Source: Tubiluchus corallicola
Lineage: Eukaryota; Animalia; Priapulida
Assembly (NCBI GenBank): GCA_030141605.1
Contig: JAQGDQ010000353.1
Coordinates: 6,828 to 70,827 of the forward strand
DNA length: 64,000 nt
Reading direction: 5' to 3'
A program made the translations under genes and the position numbers. Below are positions 42,750 to 56,645 of this stretch, one piece after another. The stretch's first letter is position 1, and the number at the start of each line of letters is the position of its first letter. Under the pieces are notes generated by a model. That model was not told where the DNA came from. It saw nothing but the letters and a program-made list of their open reading frames with translations, and did no database searches.

Positions 42750-43735
42750 TTGCGATACGATTTCGATAAGTGATAAGGTTTTGCGATACGATTTCGATAA
42801 ACGATAAGGTTTTGCGATACGATTTCGATAAACGATAAGGATTTGCGATACGATTTCGATAAACGATAAGGATTTGCGATACGATTTCGATAAACGATAA
42901 GGATTTGCGATACGATTTCGATAAACGATAAGGTTTTGCGATACGATTTCGATAAACGATAAGGTTTTGCGATACGATTTCGATAAACGATAAGGTTTTG
43001 CGGTACGATTTCGATAAAGGATAAGGCTTTGCGATACGATTTCGATAAACGATAAGGTTTTGCGATACGATTTCGATAAACGATAAGGTTTTGCGGTACG
43101 ATTTCGATAAACGATAAGGTTTTGCGATACGATTTCGATAAACGATTAGAACTTGCGACACGATTTTGATAAATGATAAGAACTTGCGATACGATTTTTA
43201 TAAACGATAAGAACTTGCGATACGATTTTGATAAATGATAAGAACTTGCGATACGATTTCGATAAACGATAAGGATTTGCGATACGATTTCGATAAACGA
43301 TAAGGTTTTGCGATACGATTTCGATAAACGATAAGGTTTTGCGATACGATTTCGATAAACGATAGGAATTTGTGATACGATTTCGATAAACGATAAGGAT
43401 TTGCGATACGATTTCGATAAAGGATAAGGTTTTGCGATACGATTTCGATAAACGATAGGAATTTGTGATACGATTTCGATAAACGATAAGTTTTTGCGAT
43501 ACGATTTCGATAAACGATGAGGTTTTGCGATACGATTTCGATAAACGATAAGGATTTGCGATACGATTTCGATAAACGATAAGGTTTTGCGATACGATTT
43601 CGATAAACGATAAGGATTTGCGATACGATTTCGATAAACGATAAGGTTTTGCGATACGATTTCGATAAACGATAAGGTTTTGCGATACGATTTCGATAAA
43701 CGATAAGGACTTTCGATACAATTTCGATTTCGATC
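42750..43735. repeat. 31-bp CpG-rich minisatellite, about 31 copies
   Basis: Unit TTGCGATACGATTTCGATAAACGATAAGGTT. Confidence 0.97.
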
Positions 43736-43767
43736 AGCGTTTTACAAAATTGTTTTACAAGCTTTGA

Positions 43768-44203
43768 ACACACTGTACTACAGTGTACACAGTGTACTAC
43801 AGTGTACACAGTGTACTACAGTGTACACAGTGTACTACAGTGTACACAGTGTACTACAGTGTACACAGTGTACTACAGTGTACACAGTGTACTACAGTGT
43901 ACACAGTGTACTACAGTGTACACAGTGTACACAGTGTACTACAGTGTACTACAGTGTACACAGTGTACTACAGTGTACACAGTGTACTACAGTGTACACA
44001 GTGTACTACAGTGTACACACTGTACTACAGTGTACACAGTGTACTACAGTGTACACAGTGTACTACAGTGTACACAGTGTACTACAGTGTACACAGTGTA
44101 CTACAGTGTACACACTGTACTACAGTGTACACAGTGTACTACAGTGTACACAGTGTACTACAGTGTACTACAATGTACACTGTACTACACACTGTACACA
44201 GTG
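43768..44203. repeat. 19-bp minisatellite
   Basis: Unit CAGTGTACTACAGTGTACA. Confidence 0.97.
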
Positions 44204-46185
44204 CAAACTGCGAAGCATCATTTTATGTAATTAATGCTACCAAGTTTTAAAGTTAGTAACACGATAATAAAAACTGTTGTTCTCAATTTGTTTATTGTTG
44301 CTAGGGCATACAAATTGATGAAATGACACATCGATTTCGATATCGATACTCAGACTGTCCCGATTTTCTGTGGTGATAATCATTTATTTTATCGATTCGA
44401 TAATTGACCAAAAAAATCGATTTTGTTTTGTATCGATTGAAAAATCGATTTTTCGTCGTTAAAACGATAATCGATTCCCACCACTAATAACAGATACCTT
44501 CTGAGGCCACACTAATCGATCTTTGCCTGATTCTCCTGCACGTTGCATTAATGGTTCCGGGTTTTGCATGTACCGTCGGATGTTGCCGCTTAATATCCGG
44601 ATCAATTCTGACAAACACTTGCCCTCATTCGCCCTTCTATTAGGCTGTCATAACAACCCATTTCGACAAAACTGCTCCGGAAAATGCACCGTTACTAACC
44701 TATTATCCTACTCGTTAACAGAACTTGACATATGTTACATCATCAAATACGTATCGTCGGTAAGCAAATCACGCAGCCAACTCTCTTCTCTCTAAAAAGA
44801 GGGGATATGGTACTCTCTGCCTCCTGGTTTCGAAGTGACAGTGGCAAGATGGAGTTACGTTTCGTAATCTGGAAGATGGTTGCTGTCGAGAATCTGAAAT
44901 GTACGTAATCTCAGAATGTAAAACTGGACTTTATACAAACGCCTATAACGTCTCCAGTGGGTTTCGAAATTTAATTAGGGAAGACGGAATTTGCATGACA
45001 ATGATTAGCGAACGCAAGGTGACTGCAGTATGAAATCTTTCCAATGTTAGAGTCGCATGGTCATTTCTGAAATTGTGAGATCAGTAAACTCGGGGTTTCT
45101 ACCACTCGAAGAGACATCACCTTGCAATGTTTCACCTTCTTTATCACTAGGTGTCACCATGCTATCATTGTTTACATGTTGATGGCGCCATCTAGCGCTA
45201 ACGTTAGCCATTACTCGTTAGCTCTAACGTTAGCTAGAATACCAGGGCTAGAGTTAGAGGCATTGCAAGTTTAACGTAGAAATTAAATTACTCGACATTT
45301 AAAAACTGAATTAAAATGAACGACCAGAATGTATGACAAACAATCTAAGTTTTCTAAGAAGACATCAGTCTAGTTTTTCATTTCTCTCTATTTTGATAGC
45401 TGGTAATAGTAACTTTGACTGCTTTTTTAGATATCAGTGTGATATATGTCGACATATAAGTTCAATGTCGTACAAAAATATACAAAAGAAATACAAAACT
45501 ATTATTATTCACAAGCAAAATGAAGATGAAGTATAGAGTGTGAAGCAAAAATATTAAAAAATCGAGTCTTTTGCTTAATATTCTTATGATATGAAGGTGT
45601 TGGCGTCTGCTAACTTATTCAGCTGTTTAATTTGCCGTGAATTAGGTCTACATATTTATCTTTTCTTATTTGACCAATAAAAATCGTTATTTGCGCCCTA
45701 ACTAAAAAACATGATAATCAAGTAGTAATATACAAACTAAAATGATAAAAGTATCAAAAAATGTGACAATTACATTACGATATCATGCAATATAAAATCA
45801 AAATTTAATAGAAACAAAGTAGAAACTTTCATTTGTCTTTCAAATGTTGAACTTTTTTCAACGTTTTTTATGTCATATGGAATATTGTTCAACGGCGCTG
45901 TTATATTTAATGAAATGTTTCAATTACTGATGATTTGGTAACATGAAACTTGAAGTGCTTCTGTACTTTTGTTTCTTTTATGCACATCAATGGCAAATTT
46001 TTCTTTTTTCTAGCTATTGTATGAAACAAAATATTACAAATTCTTGATTATTCTGTATTCACTGTTTATATTTTTGCTCTGCAGCAAAAGTTTAAAATGA
46101 TTAACACTCAATAAAAATGCATAAAACTGAGTGATAGGTAAATAAGGAAGACACTGAGAGTTTTGGCTTCACACGGCCATAAGTA

Positions 46186-47405
46186 CAGGGTGTCCCATAA
46201 AACACTATACACTTTACATTTTCAATATTTTTTTACAAACAAAGCAAAATGTTTGAAAATTGGTACAAATGAACCAAGACTTTGGACAATTCAGTTAGTC
46301 AAATTAGACGAAAATCTGAACTTTGCTGTTTTTGCCTCTTCCTAAAGCACAGTTTTGCTATTTTTGTCTCTTCTTAAAGGACAGTCTTACTATTTTTGCG
46401 TATTCCTAAAGGACAGCCTTGCTATTTTTGCCTCTTAAAGGACAGTCTTGCTGTTTTTGCCTCTTAAAGGACAGTCTTGCTATTTTTGCCTCTTAAAGGA
46501 CAGTCTTGCTATTTTTGCCTCTTCTTAAAGGACAATCTTGCTATTTTTGCCTCTTCCTAAAGGACAGTTTTGCTATTTTTGTCTCTTCCTAAAGGACAGT
46601 CTTGCTGTTTTTGCCTCTTTAAAGGACAGCCTTGCTATTTTTGCCTCTTAAAGGACAGCCTTGCTGTTTTTGCCTCCTAAAGGACAGTCTTGCTATTTTT
46701 GTCTCTCCTTAAAGAACAGTCTTGCTATTTTTGCCTCTTCCTAAAGGACAGTTGTGCTATTTTTGTCTCTTCTTAAAAGACAGTCTTACTATTTTTGTCT
46801 CTCCTTAAAGGACAGTCTTGCTATTTTTGCCTCTTCCTAAAGGACAGTTTTGCTATTTTTGTCTCTTCTTAAAAGACAGTCTTACTATTTTTGTCTCTCC
46901 TTAAAGAACAGTCTTGCTATTTTTGCCTCTTCCTAAAGGACAGTCTTGCTGTTTTTGCCTCTACTTAGAGGACAGTCTTGCTGTGTTTGCCTCTATTTAG
47001 AGGACAGTCTTCTTACTATTTTTGTCTCTTCTTAAAGGGCCTCAAGAGCTTCTTCAACAGCCAGTCCACTGCTAGTTCTACGTCTTGCATTGAGGAAGTC
47101 TCTTTCAGACCATGACTGGTGAAGAAATGGCTGCATCTTGTTGAAAAACTACATTGTTAACTGTGAAATAAGAACATGGTAATTTCAGCTGAATTTCAAT
47201 TGGTAATTGAAGGACCTCATGCTAGACTAATTTTGCATCTTATTTTGAAGGTTACTCTCGTCGCCATGGCAACGAGGTTCCAAGCAAAAATTCTTGAAAA
47301 GAATAGTCGAGTTTTTTAATTTTATACGAGAGGTTGCAGAGATTAGAGAAAAATTTAAAAAGTAAGTCAGAAAACGAAGTGTATAGCTACTTTTGAGACA
47401 CCCTG
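46186..47405. mobile_element. Tc1/mariner-type non-autonomous element
   Basis: TA|CAGGGTGTC ... GACACCCTG|TA; related end at 9126. Confidence 0.85.
46322..47038. repeat. 29-32-bp minisatellite inside the Tc1/mariner-type element
   Basis: Unit TTGCTATTTTTGCCTCTT(CCT)AAAGGACAGTC. Confidence 0.94.
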
Positions 47406-47875
47406 TATATGAGTTTTCCATTCTGCGGCACACATCATCAAATTTACAAATTGGTCAGAAGTTCAGGAGGACCTCTGGCATGCTTTCTCATTGCAGAAAT
47501 GTCTTCCCCAGGGTAGCCGTCACCGTATGTAACCTACTCTTACAGAGAAGCTAATGGACGTTCTCTTTGTCATCAAAGGGTTAACAAAGCTGACAAAATG
47601 GCTAATTTATGCAAACATAATCGCTAGTTACCGGAGACTGCGAAGGAAACTCTAATTAGCGATGAGCATAAATTAAAATTAGTTTCTGTCTGTTGTGGGG
47701 AAGTGATCTCTATGGACCATATCATCTCATCTTCAGTAAAATTTGAACCAGGTAAAGCACGTTAAATTTCTGGCTGCAACAAATTGTCTGACGTAAAGTA
47801 TCTCAGATAATTTTTTCCGCGTACAACGAGTTTCTGTATGAAGCAGACTGTATCTTCATTAACCTCAGTAAACAA

Positions 47876-48860
47876 CAGTGGCGGCGTGTAGTTAAAGTTA
47901 GTTGTGGTGCTGCTTCAGAAAATTTTTTGCCATTGTCTTAGTACTTAGTACCACGTTACCATTGGTTAGAAACGATATAAGAGTAAATCTCGAACGCAGC
48001 TTAGAAAATAATGACATTCGAAACATTTACAGAAAGAGAGACACTAATGTAATTAAAATGTATATAGATATTGTAAAAGAACTAACCAAAAATGATCTTA
48101 TAATAAATTGATTATACATTGATTATAAATATTGGATATATATTTAGAATAAGTAAATCGTAATGCAAAATTGTCAGCTTGTTTAGTAAGAAATTTATTT
48201 AATGTACATAGTGTATAGACTTATTTAACATTTTTGTACTTTTGTGCCCTGCAAATAGAGGGCTTCTTGTATAATTTTCAATAAAGATTTTTAATAATTA
48301 ATTATAATTAATACTGTGTAAAACGTAACAAACATATGTAATTTTAATGTTGTAGTTATATTTGAAGATCGGGTGTTGAACGACTTCTTTTCTTAACTGC
48401 AACTTTCTCATGAAGAGACAATTGTGAAAAATTAAGCTGTTGTAGTTCACTTTCAGTCACAGAACTTATTTTTTGGGGATGCAAGGGGCCCATTATTAAA
48501 TAATTCATATTTTAAGGACACACGCTAACTTTACACTTTATCACATCCAACAACATGACGATACATGGTAAGCACGTGGCAATTGTTACTGTGATTGAGA
48601 CAGTACGTTTCTACCTAGCAGCAGACGATAGCGTACGGCGTGTTATTTCAGACATGTGCGCATGGCCACATGCGCACAACAACCAAACACTACGTTGCTT
48701 GGGCTGTGAAGCAAATTGTACTTCCCTCACGTGCTCCGGTTCTGCACAAGTATAAAAAAGAACTAAAGAAAAAGACTTATTATATTGAATTTTATCGATA
48801 ATAATGAGTGGAAACAGGGGGTGCTGCAGTACCACAGTACCTACACAGGAGCCACCACTG
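47876..48860. mobile_element. hAT-type element family H, full length
   Basis: CAGTGGCGGC ... GCCACCACTG ends; perfect 8-bp TSD GTAAACAA. Confidence 0.9.
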
Positions 48861-49492
48861 GTAAACAATTTCTAGGTGACACGTGAGCAAAACGATTGCC
48901 TTTTATTTTTCTAATCAAGTTTTGTTTAAGACGATTTTTGTTGGAGCTTGCAGAAGACATCAGGATCATTTTATCAGAGAGAGAAAGCTAAGCACGTTTA
49001 AAGCAAACTAAACTCAGTCTTAAACTGGTCAAAACAATTTGTTCTTTAAAATATTGAAGGAAATGGTGGGAGTAGTTTGCTAGAGATATCAGATATTTAT
49101 ATTTAATATATCAGATATCAATATTTAAGACTGACGCATTTCATATCAGATAGAAGCTACTGTAAGCGCTTAGTACGAAACATAAAGTCATGTATGCATT
49201 GAAATATTTTACAATTAGCAGTTTTACAGTTAAAAATTGGTTTGTCTGACTTTTGCTGAGAGTATTTTGCTAGAGATATCGATCAGTTTCTTACAGGCTG
49301 CAATGCTCAGTTTCTCATTTCAACTTTAACTCAGCAGTAACTCAAAAGAAAAGCAATAAAACTGCTGAAGTGGCACAAGAAGCCAAAATAAACCGACCGA
49401 AGTTCGTAAAAACTGCAGTGACTTTTCCTTGGATCGTAAAGAATTGAGCTATTGTGAGGAATTCGTCCAAGTTTTTCTCAATTTTAGCTTAA

Positions 49493-49945
49493 AGGACAAG
49501 AAAAGGCCTAGTTAAAGCAAGTCGCAGAAAATTTTCGCTAAAGAATTGTAATGGTTAGAGGCAATCTTAAGCGTTTATCATACTCACGTTAAAAGAATTT
49601 CCGTTTGTTTTCATTTTAAATACTCCCGCGAGACTGTCACGGCGGCGCCATGTTAGATGACGTCACAGAACCACAACACAAATCTTTATAGTACACGTGC
49701 TCAGAACTCACGCGACTGTGTTCGAGTGATGTCATACCACGTGATCAGTCGCAAGCTGGTTTTTCAATTGGCAGACTAAATGAAACATGTCTGCTGCAAC
49801 GTTTGCTGCAGCGGGTGAAATATTTTACAAAATTGGAGTAAATGCGAAAACGTGAGTACTTTATTCGCTTAAGATTATACTTAGGTGTATAATTTTTTAT
49901 TGCGAATTTTCTAAGACTTACTTTGATTGGCCATTTTCTTGTCCT
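49493..49945. mobile_element. Kolobok/T2-type MITE family D
   Basis: TTAA|AGGACAAGAAAAGGCC ... GGCCATTTTCTTGTCCT|TTAT; aligns with 54785-55236. Confidence 0.88.
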
Positions 49946-50164
49946 TTATGTGCGTCGTGCGGCGTTTCGCAGTGGTTGTTATGTTTCACATCCGGTTTTA
50001 CCTCCGGTCGATTGTAATCTTATTTCTAATCAGTCGCGTTAACTAAAATCGAGCTCATAAAATGGTCCTAAACTCCTAAAGGTTGGTTAGATACATCAAC
50101 GATCGATTTAAAACTTGGGAAATCTGTGTTACGCTTTTTTGCTCTTATCTCGTATCCTTAAAGT

Positions 50165-50566
50165 GAGTAGGGAATTTTAAGTTATGTCCCTAAAAACTTT
50201 CCAAGCAAAGTTATAAATGCATAAGCATTTCGCTTACCCATTTGAAAGACTTGTATAACGAGAAACGAAAATGCTGAACAATTTAAAATGTTCCCGCTGA
50301 TTGGTGAAAAGTTCTTAACTCACCTTCCCAGTGTGCACTACTGACTCACTAAAAACCTATTTTTAATCTTATTGACAAGATACAGTAATTTTGCAATTTA
50401 CTTGGTTAGTAACGTGTGTGCTATTCGTGTACTAACGTGTTCTGACTATTTTTCCAAACTTTACGCAATGTTATCTAAACTTGTTTCAAATATATCCATA
50501 CTTTTTATCGGACTTGAAAATGTGGTAATATATGAAAAATTATCCAGTCTTTCTATAAAGGTCTTA
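50165..50566. mobile_element. Fragments of Kolobok MITE families C and A
   Basis: 50165-50490 resembles the inner part of 27588-28257; 50490-50566 is the reverse complement of 25248-25310. Confidence 0.7.
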
Positions 50567-50582
50567 CTCTAGTTTTCTTTAA

Positions 50583-51128
50583 AGGAAGACCGGTCGATTG
50601 TATATACTCAATCTCATTTGATTTTACTGTCCCAAATATACATTTTTGCCTATAAAAGTTAGCAATTGTTTCTTATATTTGAATAATTAGCTTAGAAAGT
50701 TAATTAACGACAGCTGAACACAGCTATTGCTTACGTCAGAAACTAACCGCAGTTTGTGCAATGGCAGGCATCTTCCATTGTGCGTCAAGCACGTCTGCGT
50801 AAGTGTTACAGTACTGTTTAAACGCATGATCTCACGAAGAATGGGCTTGACATCATATGACGTCAGAAACTAACACAGCAGTTCATGATCATGCTTATCA
50901 CGGTACCGCCTTCTATTTGTCGGGCACGCGAACGTGACAAAAAGGCGCCGCTGCCAATCTTAGTAGATTCACTGAGCCGCGCGTAGCTTTGAAAGTTTAA
51001 CGAAATTTGAGTATCCGAGATAATTATTATTTAATCTAAGCTTTGATATAAAGAAAGCTATTGTAGTTTTCAATATTTTAGAGCATTCTTTATTCTGAAC
51101 TCATGTTACACATTCATCCGGTTTTCCT
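50583..51128. mobile_element. Kolobok/T2-type MITE family B, full length, inverted
   Basis: TTAA|AGGAAGACCGG ... CCGGTTTTCCT|TTAA. Confidence 0.9.
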
Positions 51129-51434
51129 TTAAGTAACGTGTCTATTTTGTAGTGGAGCCCTCTTTGGTATTGTTTTCTTCAAACTCTTTTTATGTGCTGT
51201 GTGGATTGTTCACAGCCAAGCAAATTATGCATCTCATGCCAGTTTGTCTGTAACCTATTTAATTAAGCATACATCCTCGAGGCAAGAAAATAGCACTAAT
51301 TACGTAAACATCGATTTTGTGCTGCTAGAATAAGATTATTGTCTGCAAAACAACTTGAGCGAAAAATAATTATTTTACTTCAATACACTTTACAGTGAGT
51401 TTCGACTCTCTTTTTCTTTCCTACTGTCTTGCTC

Positions 51435-51439
<5 letters not shown>

Positions 51440-51527
<88 letters not shown>

Positions 51528-51734
51528 TCTCTCTCTCTCTCTCCCTCTCTCAGTCTTTCTGTCTGTCTCTCTCTCTTTCTCCCCGTTTGTATGTTCTTTC
51601 TCTTTTTCTTTCTTGGTTTTTCTCTCTGTCTCTCTCTCACTCTGTCTCACTCTCTTTCTCCCCGTTTGTATGTTCTTTCTCTTTTTCTTTCTTGGTTTTT
51701 CTCTTTGTCTCTCTCTCTGTGTGTCTCTCTCTCT

Positions 51735-51765
<31 letters not shown>

Positions 51766-51830
51766 TCTCTCTCTCTCCCCCGTTCTCTCTCTCTTTCCTT
51801 CTCTCTCTCTCTCACTCTGTCTCTCTCAGT
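51440..51830. repeat. (CT)n and CT-rich repeat
   Basis: Direct observation. Confidence 0.95.
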
Positions 51831-54784
51831 CTGCCTTTCTCCCCTTCTGCGGGTTCTCTCTCGTCTTCTCTTTTCCTTCACAAATTCTCTCTCTCTTTCA
51901 TTTTTCTTTTTGTTTTCCAGATCGCATTCTCGGAGTCTCTTCTTCGCCTTCCCTTTTTGTTTATTCTTTTCGTTTTGGCTTGCTGAACATCACTTTCCCT
52001 TTTTCTTCCCTTCCTGCTGCTCCGCCAGTTGTTGTTGTGACATTTACAGCAAAAATAATTGTCCTGTGAAGAGGTTCAGGAAGTATTTTGAGTGTGTATA
52101 GAATGTGCACTTTGTTCGCTAATAAGTTTTAAAACTTCTCAAGATTTAAAAACACATTCGCTCCGTAATTAAGTGGCCATAAATGAATTACTGTCCATGC
52201 TGCATTTAATTTCCCAGCTTTAGGAAATTTTCTCCATGTTGAACTAACTATGAATTTTATTAACCCTTCAATGTATTAACCCTTTAACGTCATCTCAAGA
52301 CATTATTCATTGAACGTAGCTAGGGATGCACATACCGATTTTTTGGTTTTTTGTCAACAACAGACTTGATAAGTTCACCATAAAATTTAATGTAACCATT
52401 TCAAGATTTTCTGCTTTTTTTCCTCAAAATATAAGAAACCTTGCCATGATAATAATCATTAACTTACGTTTCGTTTCAAGCAAAAAATAAATTCGTTGGT
52501 TGATGGCAGCGCAATTTTTTCCTGTGCTTTTTTAAATTTTGAGTCAGTTGAACTTCATCGAATACACTGTGAACTGACAATTTGTTAATTAATACTACGC
52601 GGAGACAGTGCTAGCGCTATAGACAATGAAGTCTGTTTAGCAAAGCGCCTTTATCTAATGTAACCAGGAGTCACAACTTGAAGTTACAAGCCATTCCAGA
52701 GTAGCAAACTTTTAAAAACCGTTCAAAAAATGTAAATCTTAATAATCATTTATCTTTTAACAGGCATTTGTAAGTAACCTTGGCTCTTTGTGCTTTAAAC
52801 CAAAATCTTTTAAAGCAAAACCGGAAAAATCTTCCTTTAACAAGCAGTTTATTGTGTGCTGTATATACGATTTATTCTGCTTTCATATTTCTTGTAAATG
52901 TTTCTAATATTCTTTCAATAAAGGTTAAAATAAATTGAAATAAATTAAATATATGTATATATGTATATATATATATGCACTTCAATTAATGTCTGCCATA
53001 TTCCAACAAAATATTGTAGCGTTTAATACGTCATTTCTATTGAAAAAAAATAAAAAAGGCTATTTTACAAATTTGCATTAAATTCTGTAGTTCTAGACTT
53101 TACTAAACACAAACATTAAGTAAACCTAATTTGGTAATTTTACTAATTTATACTATGTAATACGTTCTATCAAATTATAAGATTGTCATTAATTAAACTA
53201 AAATGTTCAAGGTGATCAGTTCAATCAAATTAATATAAAATGATATATTTACTTACATCGTACGTCTCCATAAAGCAAATCTAGTATTTACCAATATATC
53301 TGACAAATTATCACTAATTTCACACTATCATACTGTGAAAAACTACTTTTAAAGAAGCCTGTTAACGTCTGCCAACTAACTCACCTGCCCAGGTAGAAAC
53401 AGATCTGCACAGGTGAGTGATCGTGGTCACGTGACCAACGAGATACTTAGCGAAATTCCCTACAATATATATATATATAGATAGATAGATAAATAATGTT
53501 GGATAGTAACTTCAAGCTAAAATCAAGCATTTCTTAAGGGAAAAAGGACAGTTTGTTGTCCAATAAGTTATTTTGATATATGTCTCTTTTTTACTTGTTA
53601 CAATTGCTAAAGGCTTCTTACTTTTAAATATTAAAAATGCTTAGAAATTTGAGGGACAGTTAGCGATGACGTCACCGTTAAATGAAATATTCCAGCAGCT
53701 GGGAATTTTCCCTGTGTTTGCAAAAACAAAGGCTGTCTGAAGTAGACATCAAAAGAAGAACAATATTGCTTCTAACGGCATTCTCAAAACTTAGAAACGT
53801 CTTCAATAACAAAAATACTGCATAACTGTAAACGTGGCATCTTTAACACTTTCGTATCATCAAATAGAGTTCAGAACGGTGGAGCTTGAAAGTAAATTAT
53901 CAAATGGGAGATTGATGTCTTCCAAAGAATATGTGCAAATCATTACTGAAGATAAAACAGCTCAAGTGTTTACTGACTATGGACAAAAGTGAAGAATGAA
54001 TTTACTTAACACGCTTTTAGCTCGTTCAGTTCAAATAAGTTTGTTGTCCTGTTTACTAAACAGCTCTATCTCTGTTTAATTGGTCATCGGTCTTGGTACT
54101 TCGGGGGGGGGGGGGGCTATGAAAATTTAGGGCGTAACACTATATCTTTATTAGCCTAATGGTTAATCCGCCCTGATTATGACCATACTCAGGTTCTGAA
54201 GTTGCGTTTTGTTTTTATTTACGCTGTGTTTGTCTTGGAAATCCTATTTCTAGTGCTTAATGCAGCAATAGTGTAAAATAGAAACGCTTTCTTCCAGTTC
54301 AGAAGTGCAGCAGAATTGTTGTCAGATCGAAGGTTTTTCAGAATAAGTTTGCGCTGGTCTGCATAGCGTAATCGAATCACCATAATCTTGTAAAGTCGGT
54401 GTGTAATCGTATACTGCAGAAGTCGAGAATTCTCTAATATTGTTACTGAACGCAACTTTAAATAAACACTACGTGCTCTGCGAGGTTTCTAAACTCCAAA
54501 CTAATGTCAATTCTCATTGCTAAAAATTGTTATCTCTGAAAGAGTTTTTGTAGAAAGAAAGAGAGTTCTTTTTCATCATTTATGAAATATAGAAATGAAT
54601 ATTTCGCCAGGTCTGTGTTATTGTGACATAATGCAGTTTTAATTTTTGGCCTAGCTTCCACAGCATGGCAACCCTTACGGCTGGGCCAAATCTAGGTTAA
54701 CAGACTAGCATTATTGGTGCTCATTTTACCGCGATACAAAAACTAAATTTCTTCTAGGAATCTCGAAACCGTCAAACATATTAA

Positions 54785-55236
54785 AGGACAAGAAAAGGCC
54801 TAGTTAAAGCAAGTCTCCGAAAATTATCGCTAAAGAATTATAAAGGTTAGAGCTAATCTTAAGCGCTTATCATAATAACGTTAAAAGAATTTCCTGTTTG
54901 TTTTCATTTTAAATACTCCCGCGAGACTGTCACAGCAGTTAGGTGGCGTCACAGAACCACAACACAAATCTTTATAGTACACGTGCTCAGAACTCACTGC
55001 GTCTGTGTTCAAGTGATGTCATACCACGTGATCACATGTTGGATTTTCAATTGACGGACTAAATGAAACACGTCTGCGCATGCGCCAAAGTTTATTGCAG
55101 CTGTTGAAATATGTTACAAAAATTGGAGTAAATGCGAAAACGTGAGTACTTTATTCGCTTAAGATTATACTTAGGTGATATAATTTTTTATTGAGAATTT
55201 TCTGAGGCTTACTTTTGTTGGCCATTTTCTTGTCCT
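54785..55236. mobile_element. Kolobok/T2-type MITE family D
   Basis: TTAA|AGGACAAGAAAA ... TTTTCTTGTCCT|TTAA. Confidence 0.9.
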
Positions 55237-55780
55237 TTAAACCTTTCTTGTTTATAAACCTCACTGAACTAAATGTTACGGTTGACTAGATTTTCACGTA
55301 TCTTTAGGTGCTGCTGCTGCTGCTTCAGGCGTTTAATTAGTGTTTTCTGAATCAAGTGTTGCGGAACATCATCCGAATGTTTCTTCTTCTTCTTCTAACT
55401 GCGTGTCGGCGCAGCTCATTGAAGGTGACTCTTCTAAGCGAATGAGTTTTAAGCAAATTATAAAAGATTGAGAGTGTCGAAGCCGGACTCGGGAATATAA
55501 TACGAGAGATAAGGGAATTTCTAATTTCATATCATTGCAAACCCGCTTTAATCGGTTGTGTTTTTCCCTTTGTTTGACCTTAACTATGCAGGATGTTCTG
55601 TCAAAGCTTGTTTTTCGGCTTTTGGAGAAAATAAATATTTGCAGACGGTGGGTTATTAATAATATATTGAAGGGCTTTCAAAAATACATTGAATTTCATA
55701 AACTGCAGAAAATATACTGAGGAATAGATGAGTTCCTTAATAGCGAGACGGAGCTGCCACGTCATTCACAGTCAAGACGA

Positions 55781-55817
<37 letters not shown>

Positions 55818-56019
55818 ACGATGATGATCAGGGCCGCCCGGATTATGCTAAGTAAGGAACTTACGGGACCCCCTCACATGGAGCCACCCTCTAATTTGCT
55901 CGCATTCGTCTCGAATATTTTGACTTATGATACATTTTAGCAACATTTGCATTAGCTGGGCGCCCCATATTTCAAATAAAAGGCTTTGAAGAGGTCCTTA
56001 TCTCGAATAAAGGACCTCA

Positions 56020-56155
<136 letters not shown>

Positions 56156-56645
56156 AACTTTATTTATTTTAAGTGGATTGTCATACAGTAATATTACTAA
56201 TCAGAGTTAATCCACTGTGCAACAAATACATTTTAGCTGAGAACAGATATATACAACAGGTTATCAGGAAACATATGTACATAGTTAGTTCAAAAACACA
56301 AGTAATTCATTAGTTAACGCTTAAAATTGGAATATACAAAGCTCACAAAGTACAGAAGCGATACCAGAAACAGTTATCAATGTACATCTTCGTATTAGTT
56401 ATACAAAAGTATGATCGCTCAATAACTGGTGTTTAATTCAAAAGTCCAAAATTCAAAATAATTCGTGTTAAAATTGAATATTTACCGAGAATAAGAGAGC
56501 TGATCCAATAATAGTGTTCTGTGTATGTCATGGTTAAACGAACCTCTTTGTCTCAAACAGGGATCCTTTATCTCGAACGAGAAGGCAGTTTAAAATTGGA
56601 TTTTAAGACTCCTTGGCTTCCTTTTTAAAGTCAGCAATGCAACCC

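Larger units (their letters stand above)
42726..44486. mobile_element. hAT-type non-autonomous element carrying two minisatellite arrays
   Basis: TAGTG...CACTA ends; perfect 8-bp TSD ATAACAGA at 42718-42725 and 44487-44494. Confidence 0.85.

Noticed and set aside
45181-45200. CTCF-like motif GCGCCATCTAGCG
   Set aside because: Single motif, commonly found in transposon interiors; function cannot be supported from sequence alone
47902-48111. Signal-peptide-like ORF as first exon of the GPCR
   Set aside because: Lies inside a TSD-bounded hAT element and lacks an ATG start
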